Shown piece after piece: positions 26,624 through 39,804 of a stretch of 64,000 nt of DNA. A program made the position numbers and the translations under genes. Origin of the DNA: Vicugna vicugna (taxonomy: Eukaryota); the NCBI GenBank assembly GCA_013265495.1, contig MU058241.1, positions 1,615,249 to 1,679,248 of the forward strand, in the 5' to 3' direction. How positions within the stretch are numbered: the first letter of the stretch is position 1; each line of letters begins with the position of its first letter. The notes beneath the pieces were generated by a model. The model saw only the letters and a program-made list of their open reading frames with translations. It did not search any database and was not told where the DNA came from.

Positions 26624-27380
26624 GACAGCTAGCATTTATCAGTTCTTGCATTCCAGGCACCGTGCTGACTACTCTAAATACGTAACTTCATTTCAGCTGA
26701 TTGGTTAATTCAGCTAATTCGAGCAGGTGCAGCACACCTCTGCAGGGGGATTTTTTTTTTCCTTTTTCAGTTTTATTACGTAGAATTATTACAGTTTGAC
26801 TACACATACACGTTGTATACTGCAGGGGGACTGCTCCATGTGGCCTCTAGACAGACCCTAATTGGGTCACGACTCAAAGGCAACAGGTATTCATCTACTC
26901 CTGAACCTGAATTTTGACCTCCTCCTTCAAATATATACACTGGTTCTCAGTGGAATATTATTTGAGCATTGCTTTAACCCCATCTCTCGAATCCTAACGT
27001 ATCTTTTCTTTCTGGGCCTAGAAATACTCAACTAGCAAATTGAATGTGCTCATTAGAAGGGGTTGAAGGTGGAAGGAGTATTGCCCAAAACCCCCCTTTG
27101 ATTCCCACATCTGCATCCTCCAGTTCCCTGCATCCACTGTTTAATTTTGAACAAAGATACTGTCAATATGTGCAGCAAAGTCGAGCACACAGGAGTGGAC
27201 ACAAATCTAGCTGGAAGGAATACCACACACACCAAAGGCTTTTAAATTTTAGCTGCTGTTAGCCAATAATTGTCTACTACTACTGTGGTGATGGTGGTTA
27301 TTGCTATGTTACTATAAATCTTGTTAATACTGTTTGAATTAATCGGGCAGCTTGATTCCATGATAATCTACAGTATTTTC

Positions 27381-27598
27381 TTTTTTTTTAAATTGAAGTA
27401 CAGTCAGTTTACAATGTTGTGTCAGTTTCTCGTGTACAGCATGATAGCTCAGTCATACATATACACACATATATTCATTTTCATATTGTTCTTCATTGTA
27501 GGTTACTACAAGATGTTGAATACAGTTCCCTGTGCTGTACAGTATGAACTTACTGTTTGTCTATTTCATGTACAGTAGTTTGTATCTGCAAATCTCAA
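27381..27598 (-). mobile_element. L1 3' end with poly-T and TSD
   Basis: ttttttttaaattgaagtacagtcagtttacaatgttgtgtcag...; acagtatt(t/a)tctt starts at 27370 and 27599. Confidence 0.88.
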
Positions 27599-27639
27599 AC
27601 AGTATTATCTTCTTTATGGAAATTATTTATGAAAGAGTC

Positions 27640-28051
27640 TGCAGCCCCATGAACGGACCTAGAGGTGATCATAGTCAGTAAACTGTGAGACAGAGAAAGA
27701 CAAATACCATATGATACAACTAATAGGTGGAATCGAAAAAAAAAATGATGCAAACGAACCTACTTACAAAGTAGAAACAGACCCACAGACAGAAAACAAA
27801 CTTATGGTGACCAAAGGGGAAAGGGGTGGGGGAGGGACAAGTTAGGAGTCTGGGATGAACAAATATACACTACTGTATATAAAATACATAAACAACAAGG
27901 ACCCACTGTACAGCACAGGGAACTATATTCAGTATCTTATAATAACCTATAATGAAAGAACCTGAAAAAGAATTCAGTATATATATCTGAATCACTTTGC
28001 TGTACACCTGAAACTAACACAACATTGTAAATCAACGGTACTTCCATAAAA
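27640..28051 (+). mobile_element. L1 3'UTR fragment with A-rich end
   Basis: catgaacggacctagag...gagacagagaaagacaaataccatatgata...ctgtacacctgaaactaacacaacattgtaaatcaac; degenerate flanks gaaattatttat / gaaactattcat. Confidence 0.88.
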
Positions 28052-31000
28052 GAAACTATTCATTTTAAATTGAGACGTAAATTCAAGGTAAAAAAAAAAA
28101 AAACCCACTTCAGGCCCAAGACCATGAAATTAAGCTTCGGGCTTTGCAAAATTAGTAATGTGGTTACAGAGTTTATAAAACCCAGAGGTTAATGATTTAT
28201 AAGATTAATTAATTTAGGGAATGAAAATCAATATTCTACATGATGAATTTCCAACTAAATCTTACGGCCAAATTTTGGGTCGAGAGAATTGCATTGGTCC
28301 TGCTCCAGCGTCCTCCCCACCCGTCTTAACTTTGTAGTGTCTGCATCGCTGGGCTGAGGTTGCAAAACCCTCTTTACTATTATGTGATACATACAGATTT
28401 CCTGGGAACTCCCACAGAAAGGGGGGAGAACTAGAAAACATATATATGGATATTATTTTTTTTCCCCTTTATTCTAGCTGCCCTACCATCGGATTTTCTG
28501 ATACCTTGATTTACCTTCAGCCTTCCAGATGTGCGCAGCTAACGCGCAGAGATAAAATCAAGTATAGGTCATGGAGAAAAAAAATTGCACTTTGGAAGAC
28601 AGACACTCAATGGCACAGGCAAAGCATTTAACACGCGTGCAGCTGAGAGCAGAGCCCAGGACTGACCATGGCGTGCGTCGGGCGTGTGGACTTGCTGGAC
28701 AAACGGATGGGGCAGGGGTCATGGAGGAACAGAGCAGAAAAGAACTTCAACACTGCCACCCATACAAGCTTGAGGAAGCGGGACAATAAACGGCTCTACT
28801 GTTTAGGTCCTCTGTGGCCCTAACTTGCCTTTGTCTTAACCACATTTTCTTGGCAATGGCTCTGGGTTAGGAATTCCACCTCTTTACTCTCTAAAAAGCC
28901 CTGAATAAAGAAGCCTGATAAGTGTGTATGAGGGACTCACGGCCAGCAAGCATGAGTGGTTCAACTCTGAGACTCCAGGACGCAGCCCAAGGGCGGAGAT
29001 GTCTGATCCTGTGGTGTAGACAGCAACGGAGAGCCAACAGGGTTGGCGGAGCTGATCTCCAGGGTTTAAGTAGCCAACAGTCTGGAAGTCTTTCTTCTCC
29101 CTCCTCAAACAATGGCAAGCCCTACACCCTCTCCCACGGTTGCTTTCAGAGCAGAATGAGAAACCAATGCCAGACAGCAGACCCGACCCTGACCAGTGAC
29201 CCCCACCTCCAGTCCACCTAGGCCTGCCTAGTTTCAAAGGAAGAAGAGCCATCCTTCGGAGTAAGAGACGCTTCACGTGGGACTCTGGAGCAGAGCTGCG
29301 AGCAAAGGGATTGAAAGCTTTCTCCCATGAGAATAAAAAAGACTTGCAGGCAGAACGAGGTCGTGCAATACAGAGCTGTGGCCGAAAGCCAGTGGAGGCC
29401 GCGTGCAGAGCCACGATTCGCCAAGGGGCTTCCTGCCTTGTGGGCAGACAAGGGGGGCGCACGTGTAGGGCACGACCTGGAGTTCCGTGCAGGCAAGTGC
29501 AGGCACACACACCTGCAGGGGTGTGTGGGCTCCACCCTGGGGTGTCATCAGTGCTCACCACACCTGTGGTTGTCCTCAGTCTATCTGTCCTGCCCCGGCC
29601 AACGTGCCCTTTCTTGTAACCCCAGCTGAAGGGACGGCTCCCTCCGTGGCCATGATGTCTGAGCAAGCCTCACCCCTGTTCAGAAGAGCCGCTCTCTACA
29701 GAAGCTTCCCTGTGGTGGGATGACCTCTCCGGAAGTTCTCTGAGGACAAGGTGGCAGAGAACGGAAACATCTACCCTACTGGCAATTATGGTAACTGTGC
29801 TTCTATTTCAGCATAAACCGTAGCGCCCTTTCTGTCCTCTCCGCCCGCCTCGGCTTAACGGCAAAGCCACGCTAGGGAAAACCCAGACGTCAAGTTGTAC
29901 AGATAGAGTGAGAAGTCCGTCTTCAAAGCTTCCAAGATTGTCCGAGAACCTTACTTCTTGCAGGTTTCCCTCCTTCTTATTTACTTGCTAAAAGTCAGAT
30001 GCATAAATGCATTGATGAGATGGTTGTTACCGACACGGTTTGGCAGGCAAGAAACGGTCATGTCGACGGGAGTACCGGACAGGCAATTCTAGCTTCAAAT
30101 GATCCCAGTTAAAAGGCTTAAAATGCTGTAATTTTGTCATTTTTTGCTCTTTTCTGGCTATTGTCTTACTTCGGAATGAAAAAACATTATGACAACAGTG
30201 TTCCTTCTGTAACAATTTTCTACGAACTGGAAATGTGAACGTGTTGCCGAAGTTACATTTTGCCACGACTGACTCAAAGGAGACCATGGAGGGGAATGTC
30301 ACTGAGTGTTTGTTCTAAAATTTAAGTAACTGATAAGCGTTCGAAGTCATCTTCGTCTAAATTAGAGTCGACAGGGGCGCCGGTGGTAACGACATTCAAC
30401 AGATGAAATTTCGTGTCAAGCCCAGCAAGCACTCAGTAAACTCAAGAAAGGACAGAAGCTAGTTCCATCTCAGTTTTTCACGTCCGTGGTGCTCGGGGTA
30501 CCCAAATGGACAAGACCTATTTGGGATGGAGAAGAAGTTACTTTATAGAAATACTGCTGTTTTATAACCTGCCTTCACTTTTATTTGCTGCTTGGGAGCA
30601 AATGAAGAGACTAACAGAGCCCTGCCCTAAACAAGACTTCCCTTCCCACATGGTTCTGTCCCTAAGATAACTGAAGAACGTTCAGTCATCGCTGCCCCCA
30701 ACCCAGGGCTCCAGGCACCATGTTGAGCACCCCAGTGGGGGAGCCCAGAAATCACCTGCAAACATAGACAGTTGGCGACCCTGAATTTCCACTCCGTTCC
30801 CTGGAGATGCAGCTCCTTCAGACCGTAGGCAGCAAGTCATGCTCCAATGAGCTCAGATGGCAAAGGCTGAGGGAAGGATGCCAAATACTCCATTTTCTCA
30901 TGGCGACACATCAAACCAACAGAAGCTCACAAGACCCTAACACATCGAACTGGGCCCCAGGACATCTACAGCCATTTGCTCCGTTTTCCCACCAAAAAAA

Positions 31001-31089
31001 GCCTTTGAAAGTCTAGTCAGAGGAGAGATGGTGAGTTGAAGACACACAATGCGAGCAGCGAGGCGACGGAAGCTGTGTGCAGCCGTCAT

Positions 31090-31280
31090 AATCCTAAGGG
31101 CCATCAATACAGTCCTGAATACATCCCAGGCCTTCTCCAACACATCCCAGCAAGACAGGTAATCCTGGAATCCCATTTTGCAGATGAGGAAGTAGAGGCC
31201 CAGGAGACAGGTAACCTGCCCAGGTTTACCCACCTGCGGTGGAACCTCAGGCATCTGGCCCCAAAGTCTACGCCTTTCCC
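31090..31280 (-). mobile_element. MIR remnant (left member of an inverted pair)
   Basis: tcccattttgcagatgaggaagtagaggcccaggagacaggtaacctgcccagg is the antisense MIR core. Confidence 0.75.
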
Positions 31281-31344
31281 TGGCCATCCCACTGCCATCA
31301 ACGCACAGAAGCCACATCCCGTAAGGACAGCCATCCCAGTTAAC

Positions 31345-31560
31345 ACCACGTGGGATGTCACGGCACAGACCCGCGTCCGAATTCTGCCTCTGCCCTTGGC
31401 CAGCTGTGAGAGCTTGCTGGACAAGCTGCTCTGTTGTGTGCCCTGGTTTTCACATCTGTAAAATGGGCTCATGCAGCCTCCTCCCCACAGGACCACACAG
31501 GGATGACCATGAATGCACGGCACCTGGAGGGAGTGAGGGTAGGCAGTGAGGAGGTGCATG
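31345..31560 (+). mobile_element. MIR remnant (right member of an inverted pair)
   Basis: ctctgcccttggccagctgtgagagcttg...ttttcacatctgtaaaatggg is the sense MIR core. Confidence 0.72.
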
Positions 31561-31850
31561 GCCACCATGAGAACCATGAGCACAGTCGGCGAGGCGAGCG
31601 GTGGTGGGGTGACAGGGGGTACAAAGCCAGAAGAGGTGGTGAGAATCAGAAAGGCCGGGACCAGAGACGAGCACGTGACACCGCACCTCTCACTGAACAC
31701 AGCCAAGGGCGGTCTCATCCCTAACAGCCTGTCTCAGCAGGTGGAAGAAAGCACTCCGCTCATGGACTGCCCACTTTCGTGAAACCGCACATCCAGTCAC
31801 GTAGTATAAAAGCCTTCGAATGAGCCCATATTTTTATTTTTCCTCTTCTA

Positions 31851-31982
31851 TTATTTTTCTTTGGCAGGGGGGAGGTAAATAGGTTTATTTGTTTATTTAT
31901 TTTTAGAGGAGGCACTGGGAATTGAACCCAGGACCTCGTGCATGCTAAGCATGCGCTCTACCACTTGAGCTATACCCTCCCC
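31851..31982 (-). mobile_element. Vic-1-type SINE with TSD
   Basis: Head ggggagggtatagctcaagtggtagagcgcatgcttagcatgcacgaggtcctgggttcaattccc; cctcttcta on both flanks. Confidence 0.92.
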
Positions 31983-32749
31983 ACTTCCCTCTTCTAAAAG
32001 CAAAACTCAATAAAGCTTTCACGCTGGTTTGTGAGGATTCTGGAAACATGGTGGATATACATCCATTTCCGCCCCCCTCCTTTTCCTGACTCTCCTTTGC
32101 AAAAGTGACACAACCAATCTAGAAGGAACATAACTGACTGAGGACCATCACAGGAAGGCAGAGCAGGGTCCCAGGTGTGCCCACCTGGAGCTTCGGATGC
32201 AGGTGGGCTCACACGGCACCTGCCAACTGCTCCCCTCTCACTGCCCAGGAAGACACTGGGGAGCAGAGCAGGGATCTCCCTCTGTGGGACAGCCTCTCCC
32301 CGTGGCACGATCTGAACGCTTTGTGCCCTGGGCCAGGTGGAACAGTGACTCCAGAGGGAAACAGGCAGTGGAAGGGGTGTGGCCAACATTCCCGCCTGCC
32401 CTAAGACGCTTTGACATCAGCTTCCGGGGGTGTCGGGGCAGGCGTGAGCTGATCCCCACTGCCCCTCACAGGGCAGACCTTGTGTGATGAACTGTTCCGT
32501 GCTGCTCGGCCTGGGAAGAGACCACCGGACCACAGCCACCTGCCGCGTGGTGGCTGTAACGGCTCTTCAGTTGTGAACTCCGCAGAGACCTGCAGAAAGA
32601 GCCTGACCTGGTGCCTCCTGCCTGGAGACAAAGTACAGCCTCGGGCCACCAAACATGTGTCACTCAAGTTCTGTGAGGTCCCACACCAGCCAAGGGTGGT
32701 ACCCAACCCCGACTGATGCCCACAATGATGAGCAAAGACTATACATGGA

Positions 32750-32750
<1 letters not shown>

Positions 32751-32782
<32 letters not shown>
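32751..32782. repeat. (CA)n microsatellite
   Basis: About 16 perfect units. Confidence 0.95.
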
Positions 32783-32784
<2 letters not shown>

Positions 32785-35021
32785 ACGTTCCTCTCCATAG
32801 ATTAAACATCTAACTGTAAGTCATAGGAACATAAACATAACAGACAGCAGTATGACAGAAATGTATATAATTTTGTGGGTAGAGAGAGCCTTTTTTCCCA
32901 CCAGTCATCAATCCCTAAAGTCATGAAGGAAAAGGCCTTCAAATTCGACCACGGGAATTCATCAAAACGACTCTACAAGCAACGTGCCAAACGAAAAAGC
33001 AGGAAAACCATTTGCAACATAACAAGTGAAATATTCATGACTTAACGCATGGACAACCCGTACAACTCAATTAGGGGACCAACAATTCAAGAGAAAAGTG
33101 GCCAAAAAGTGTGAACAGGGGATTCTGAGGAGAAAATAGAAAACCGTGGACTAAAACGGAAAGTCTCAACTCCACGTGCAGCAGCAAGGGAAAGTTAAAC
33201 GGTGAAAGGGCATTTTTCACCTGACAAACAGACAAGGAAACGTCCTTTGGCAACCACAGTTTTGGAATCACAGTATCTGGAGTTGGTAGGATGATGAAGA
33301 AATTAGCGACATCACAGACCAGCGGGTGTCCCAGAGAAAAACACGGGTAAGATACTGCAGGTAACAGCTACTAAAACTCCATTTTTAAATACTTTGATCC
33401 CGCGTTGTAATTTTGGCAAATCTTCCTTGTAAAAAACGCTCCCACAGATTCACACAGATACACATAGAGAAGAATGTTTGCGACAGCAGAGCTGGAAATA
33501 GAACAGCAAAAAGTGGGTGGGAAGTCAGATGCCCACCCCCGAGAAGAATGATTAAATGAACTGTCGTTGAAGAGAGAGGACATGAAAACCGAAATGCTTA
33601 CACTGAAAGATGCCCAAGTAGACAGGTAAGGGATGAAGAAATATTGCAAAACATTGGATGGAATTTGTATCAAACACTCAACGACAGTAAGAATCCTATC
33701 TGAACATTCTTACAAAGCACGGGCGACGTATAAAAAAAAGGAAACTTATGGAATGACCCATGAACGAGTTTACCTAATGGGGTGGGGTCACATACGGCAC
33801 CCCCTTTCCCTTCTCAGTCTCTGCATTCTTTGGTTTTGTATAATACGGATGACCTGGGCCGTCAGAAAAAGAATTACACGTAGCGAGGCAAACGTTCAGC
33901 ATAAAAAAAAAAAATACGGCTGACACAGTCAACAACTAAACAAATAGTTTTTCTCTTGCAAAGGGGTACAGGAGATGCCGCTGCACAGGGCTTCCAGAAC
34001 TCTGCCCTGGAACTATGTGGAGCTAGAGGTCAGCGGTCACTTCCTCCTGACACCTGGTGGACCCTGTACGAACAGAAAACAGCCCCCAAGCCCAGCCGCT
34101 GCCAGGCTGGTCAGGGACACCCTGTACCCCATGCCCAGCCGCTCACCAAGAACCCCTCCAACATACATTCAGAAAGTGTCAACGATGGAACATCCTGGCA
34201 AACGGAATTTTACTTTAACGTATCATAGATTCGTTTTCTTCTTCGAGGCTGCAAGGAGTTTGAACCTAAACAAACGTATACCCCACTAACCATAGCCCAC
34301 ACACTATTTTCGGAAGCCCTGCGTTTTTAAAAGTTCACATGAAGCCCTCCCGAACAGTCTAATGGCGCATCTCCCTAATTTTTTTTTTTTTGCATATATC
34401 CTGAAGCTTAGTGTTTACCTTTGGAAATCTAGCATGTGATTTTCTTACACTGTCTCCTCATTAAATAAGTTTGACAGTTGTGGGAAGAAAATCAGACACA
34501 GGTGGGTCTGCAGGAGTCACTCCTTTACAAGGGACGGGCTGTCATCACTTCCCAAACACCTTCTTGAAGTTTCAAAACCTCCTTATGTATCTTGCATTCA
34601 GGTAAACAGTGGGCTGTAATGGGAAGTATTTCATGTCTCTCCCGTGTAGATCTGCTTGAATAAAAAAAATCTGTCCATTAGGCAGAGGTTTTTGTAATAC
34701 CAGACCGTGTCAAAAGTCCCAGGGTCGATGCTGCCTGTCTGCAGGCTCTGTCTGCTGATTATCTGGGTAAGCGGGGATTGCAACGGTGGGGCTGGAGGTC
34801 ATCTTTCATCTCATTCAGAGCTAAACTGCCGTTCCACACATACACCCAAGAGTTGATACTCTGCATTAAACTCATGCATTTCCATTTTTAAAAATTCAGC
34901 TGCCACATCGGGGAGTTAGCATCACGCTGACGTGATTAAGCAAATTTTACCCACGCGTGCATGTTTTAAGGTGTGCTATTTAGGATGCCGTTGAAGAGGA
35001 ACTTAATGCAAAAGGACATGT

Positions 35022-35023
<2 letters not shown>

Positions 35024-35061
<38 letters not shown>
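35024..35061. repeat. (CA)n microsatellite
   Basis: About 16 perfect units plus one interrupted unit. Confidence 0.95.
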
Positions 35062-35489
35062 TCCTAGATACCTTAAAGTTTATTTGAAAATTCCCTTCAG
35101 GAATTTTCAATGAAGAAAAGCACCCATGTGAAAATAAAATCCAATTTGTTGCTTGAGTTGAGTTTTAATAATTGTGTCATTGATGGCTTGGGATGCAGGA
35201 AAAAAAACCCAAACTGCTGGCTGAATATTTAAAATACACTTTGTAAGCTAAACACAGAGGTACGGTCAGCAGAGGCAAACTCCTGGAAGATTCCGCTGCA
35301 TACCTCCTCCGAGCAATGTCATCCATGGAGGATGGGGCTTATTATGAATACATGCTGGATAAACGACAACGTTATTTTTTTGTTGTTGTTTAATTAAAAA
35401 AAGAAGAAAGAAAAACGTCTGATCTGTTTAGGAGTCAATACAGTACGGCATATGTAACTTTCTGAAAAAGAGCTGCCCTCTTTCAGTGC

Positions 35490-35673
35490 AAATTATTAGG
35501 TATAAAGCAAGCTGACAAGGATATACTGCCCCGCAAAGGGAATATAGCCAATATTTTAATACGAGCTATACACGGAGTATATAACCTTTAGAAATGTGAA
35601 GCACTGTACTGCACACATGTAACTTACATCATGTTGTGTATCAACTACAATTCAATAAAAAATAAAGTAAAAT
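35490..35673 (+). mobile_element. L1 3' terminus
   Basis: acaaggatatactg...aagggaatatagccaatatttta...tgtatcaactacaattcaataaaaataaag; degenerate flanks agagctgccctctttca / agagttgccagctttca. Confidence 0.75.
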
Positions 35674-36020
35674 AGAGTTGCCAGCTTTCACTCGTCACAT
35701 TAACAAAGACTTCGGGGGTGGGTGTTCTTTCAGAAATCACAATGCTAGCCATGTGTAGTCAACCGATACGATCAATTGGTACAACCCATTCTTTTTTCTG
35801 GTATTTATCTTTTTATCGGCTTCTTTGCACAACCTTTTTCTACGTCTCACACATTTTCTTTTTGTTTTACATGAATGTTGCACGTGTTTTTTAACTGCTC
35901 TGTCCTTGGTCTTTTTAGTTTACTATCTTTTTTTGACAGCAGGAAATTTTAGATTTTATGCCACTAAATTAGCCATCTTTCCCTTTTTAAAAAAATTTTT
36001 TAAAGTTCTTTGGTTGTTTT

Positions 36021-36464
36021 AAAAAAATTTTGTATTGAAGTGTAGCTGATTTACAATGCTAGTTTCAGGTGTACAGCAAAGTGACTCAGTTATACATATA
36101 TACATACACATACATATTTTTCTTTCCAGATTCTTCTTCATCATGTTATTACAATAAGTCAGAAAGAGAAAGACAAATATCGTATGCTGTCACTTATATG
36201 TGGAATCTAAAAAAAAGGATACAAATTCTATTCACAAACCAGAAACAGACTCAGGGACATAGAAAACAAACTATAGTTACCAAAGGGGAAAAGGGAGAGA
36301 GGGATAAAGTAGGGGCTGGTAATTAACAAACACACATTACTACACATGAAACACATGAACAACATGGACCTATTGCAGAGCACAGGGAAGTGTATCCAAT
36401 TTCTTCTAATAACATATAATGGAAAAGAGTCTGAAAAGAAAACACATGTATGTACAAATACGTG
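36021..36464 (-). mobile_element. L1 3' end with a 5' inversion (twin-priming-type structure)
   Basis: 36021-36154 is the antisense L1 terminus; 36155-36464 is the adjacent upstream 3'UTR in sense orientation; gttctttgg at 36005-36013 and 36486-36494. Confidence 0.8.
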
Positions 36465-37129
36465 TTATCTTTTCCTTTCTTCTTGGTTCTTTGGCTTTTA
36501 TGCTCAGCAAGACCTTGCTCCCCTCGACACAGACCTCAATATATTTTCTCGCGTTCTCCAGCAGCACCATTTTCTAAATTCCACCTGCCCAAGGAATCTG
36601 CTCAGATAAATGGGGAACAGCAGGGTCGCACGGCAGGCAGGACAGAACCCGACTGAACTCCTAGCTCTTTGCATCCATCACTTTGGGTGAGCGACTCTCG
36701 GATTCCAAACTTCAGTTCCCTGGACAACTGACTTCTGTCCCGTGAGCACCGTCACTCTCTTCCTCCTCCGCCTCCTCGTCATCATCACTGGACCACCCTC
36801 ATCACCATCGCCGCTTCCTTCTTCATTTACCGTTATCACCTGTATCACCATCTGCATCACTGCCACCAACATCACACCTTCCAAATGCACGCAGGGCACT
36901 CACCACCGTGCCAGGCCCCGGGAGGTCACTATAATGTCTCTCCCTAAAAGTTCAATCACCCTGTTGCAGTGAATGCATCTACTCTCACCTGTCTGCCTGA
37001 ACCGCCCTTTTAAATTTTACACAAGATTCTCTTTCCCCACTTCCTCTTTCTTTTCCATCATTCTGTCTATTCTGAAGCCAGGGCCACATGGTTTGTTTAT
37101 TTTAATTTAAACTCTACAGAGCACAATTT

Positions 37130-37992
37130 TTAAAAAAATAATTGAAGTAGAAAGTTGACTGACAGTATTGTGTTATTTTCAGGTGTACAGCCAAGTGATT
37201 CAGTTATTTATATATTTATATACACACACAGACACATTTTTTCAGATGACTTTCCATTATAGGTTATTACAAGATATTGAGTATGGTTCCCTGTGCTGTA
37301 CAGTAGGACCTTGTTGTTTATCTGTTTTATGTATCTCCTAATCCTATACTCCTAATTTACCCCTGCTTCAACTCCTTTTCTCTTTCGGTAAACGTAAGTT
37401 TGTTTTCTACGTCCATGAGTCTGTTTCTGTTTTGTATATAGATTCACTTAATTTTTTTTATATTTGGATATGAAACTTATCCTTCTTTGACTTATTTTGG
37501 CTAGTATGATAATCTCTAGGTCCGTCCATATTGCTGCAAATGACAACACTTAATTTTTTAGGGCTGAATAGTATTCCATTGTAGAAACACACCACATTTT
37601 CTTTATCCAGTCATCTGTCAATGGACATTTAGGTTGTTTCCATGACTTTGCTATTGTAAATAGTGCTGCTATGAATATTGGGGTGCACATATGTTTTCAA
37701 ATTGCAGTTTTCATCTTTTCTGAATACATGCCCAGGAGTGGGACTGCTGGATCATAAGGTAAATCTATTTTTAGTTTTTTAAGGAATCTCCATACTGTTT
37801 TCCACAGTGGCTGCACCAAACTGCATTCCCACCAGCAGTGTAGGAGGGTTCCCCTTTCTCCACAGCCTCTCCAGCATTTATCATTCGTGGACTTTTGAAT
37901 GATGGCCATTCTGACTGGTGTGAGGTGATACCTCACTGTAGTTTTGATTTGCATTTCTCTAATAATCAGCAATATTGAGCATTTCTTTATGT
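37130..37992 (-). mobile_element. 5'-truncated L1 (ORF2 Cys-rich C-terminus plus 3'UTR)
   Basis: [81 protein letters not shown]; flanks agcacaattttt / agcacattttt. Confidence 0.93.
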
Positions 37993-39555
37993 GCAGCACA
38001 TTTTTAAACAAAAGCGCAAGTTAAAAAAACACATCTAAGAATTCACACAACACCTAACGTTTGCTTGCAGAAAGACCAGGAGATGCATGTGTGCTTTCCT
38101 TCAGGAGTTGAGGAGTTTTATGATGGAACCCCTTCACGTTCTGGTTCCTATGACCTCAAAGTGCACCCCAGCACAGCTCGCCATCACGGGCACCATGGCT
38201 ACAACGTGACAACGATCCACGTGTCATGAGCACCTAGCTCTCAATACCGCCTTGGCGTCACGGAGCCGACAGATGGGGCTCTGCTGCACAGAGCAGGGAG
38301 CCAGCACGCTCTTAGTGTACGTGGACCATCCCCCTTCTCTCCCTGAAACCGGTTAAAAACCTGGTCCTCTGGCTGGTGACCAACCCCTGAAATAATTTCC
38401 AAGCCTCAACTGTGAGTGTCTGTCTGATGCAACTGGAAGTTCAGCTCATGAACATGTGGTCCCTAACGGCTCTACATTTCTCCCCATAAAGCCCACCACT
38501 GGCCTGCCACCCTCGCTCCCCAGCTGTAGACCTTCACTCTGAAAGTGAATGAAGCCACTCAGCCGTAACCATCGCAGAACGGCCGAGCTCGCCATCTCTG
38601 CTGCATCTCTGTCACAGCAAAGGTGACCGCCGAACGCCCTGGCTTCCTGGCTCCTTGATCTCTTGACACAGTAACTTGCATCTAGTCTTTAGGTCATCAT
38701 CGTAGATACACGCCACAGGTCTGGAGACACCTGGAACCCTTCTGCCTCTGACATGAAACACTTGCACCTTGTTCTAGCCTTCCACCACTTCTCCTACAAT
38801 CCGGTTTAGACTCCCAGCCCATCACCTCCCAAGCCACCAGCCCCCTTCCATCCTCCTTCCCCTCCCGTACTCTGCCATCCTCGTCATTCTCTTGCCAATC
38901 ACCCAAGTCCCATGCCCAGTCATCTTTTGTGACGTTCCCCAGCAAAACTTCAATTATCCATCAACGTCACGATCCTTCTTCCTGTGCCTGCGTCGGACAG
39001 AAAAGCACACACTCCGACTGATGGATGCCCACACCCAAAGCACTGTTTCCAGGAAGACTGAGTTCAACACAGTATGGTAAGTCATCCTGCATCCAAGTCC
39101 CCCCACGCTTCTTAAAAAGGAATATCCAACCTCACTTACCCCCAGCTCCCCCCAAATCCCTCACTTTGCAATCTGGTATAACCCTGAAGTTCACAGCAGT
39201 GAAATCCACTGGACCCTTTTTCTCTCTTCCTCAAATGATGTCTCAGAAGTCTTAGTTGGTGCTGACCCTCCTTCCTGGAGATGTTCCTCCCTCTGAGGCC
39301 CATGACCCCACTTCTCCTAGTCTTTCCTCTGAGTGTCTGGCTGGCCTTTCATTTTTCTTTTGGGGATTCTCCCTGATTTTCCCTTCCTTTGAATGTTCTA
39401 CTGGCCCTGCCCTTCCATTTATAGGAACCCTCAGAAGTGAGCACCTGATTTTTCACACTTTAAAGAAGGTCCCATTTATCAGGAATAAGAGCTTTTAAAA
39501 ATTTCAAGATGGAACACCAACGCACTGAAGGAATTCCAAGGGAAAGACACAGCCT

Positions 39556-39617
39556 AACACTGGAATTTGACACAACATTGTAAAATGATTATAAATCAAT
39601 AAAAAATGTTAAAAAGA
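39556..39617 (+). mobile_element. Extremely 5'-truncated L1 (about 60 nt) with a perfect 13-bp TSD
   Basis: acactggaatttgacacaacattgtaaaatgattataaatcaataaaaaatgttaaaaag; aaagacacagcct at 39543-39555 and 39618-39630. Confidence 0.9.
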
Positions 39618-39804
39618 AAAGACACAGCCTTACAGCTCAGATGACATTCTCTACAGAACAGAAGGAGGACAAAATACCCAGCACTGCTTTGGTTGGCCCC
39701 GAAATGCTAGTTTTCGAGAAGTAGGAACCCGGAGGTGGATTTGTAAACTTTTGTCCTGGATTTAGACGGAGATAAACCTTGAGTCACAAGGTGCTCAACT
39801 GTTT

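Noticed and set aside
28884..29666. 260-aa minus-strand ORF
   Set aside because: GC-rich intronic sequence with no recognisable domain or codon pattern; STS exons 6 and 7 already join in frame.
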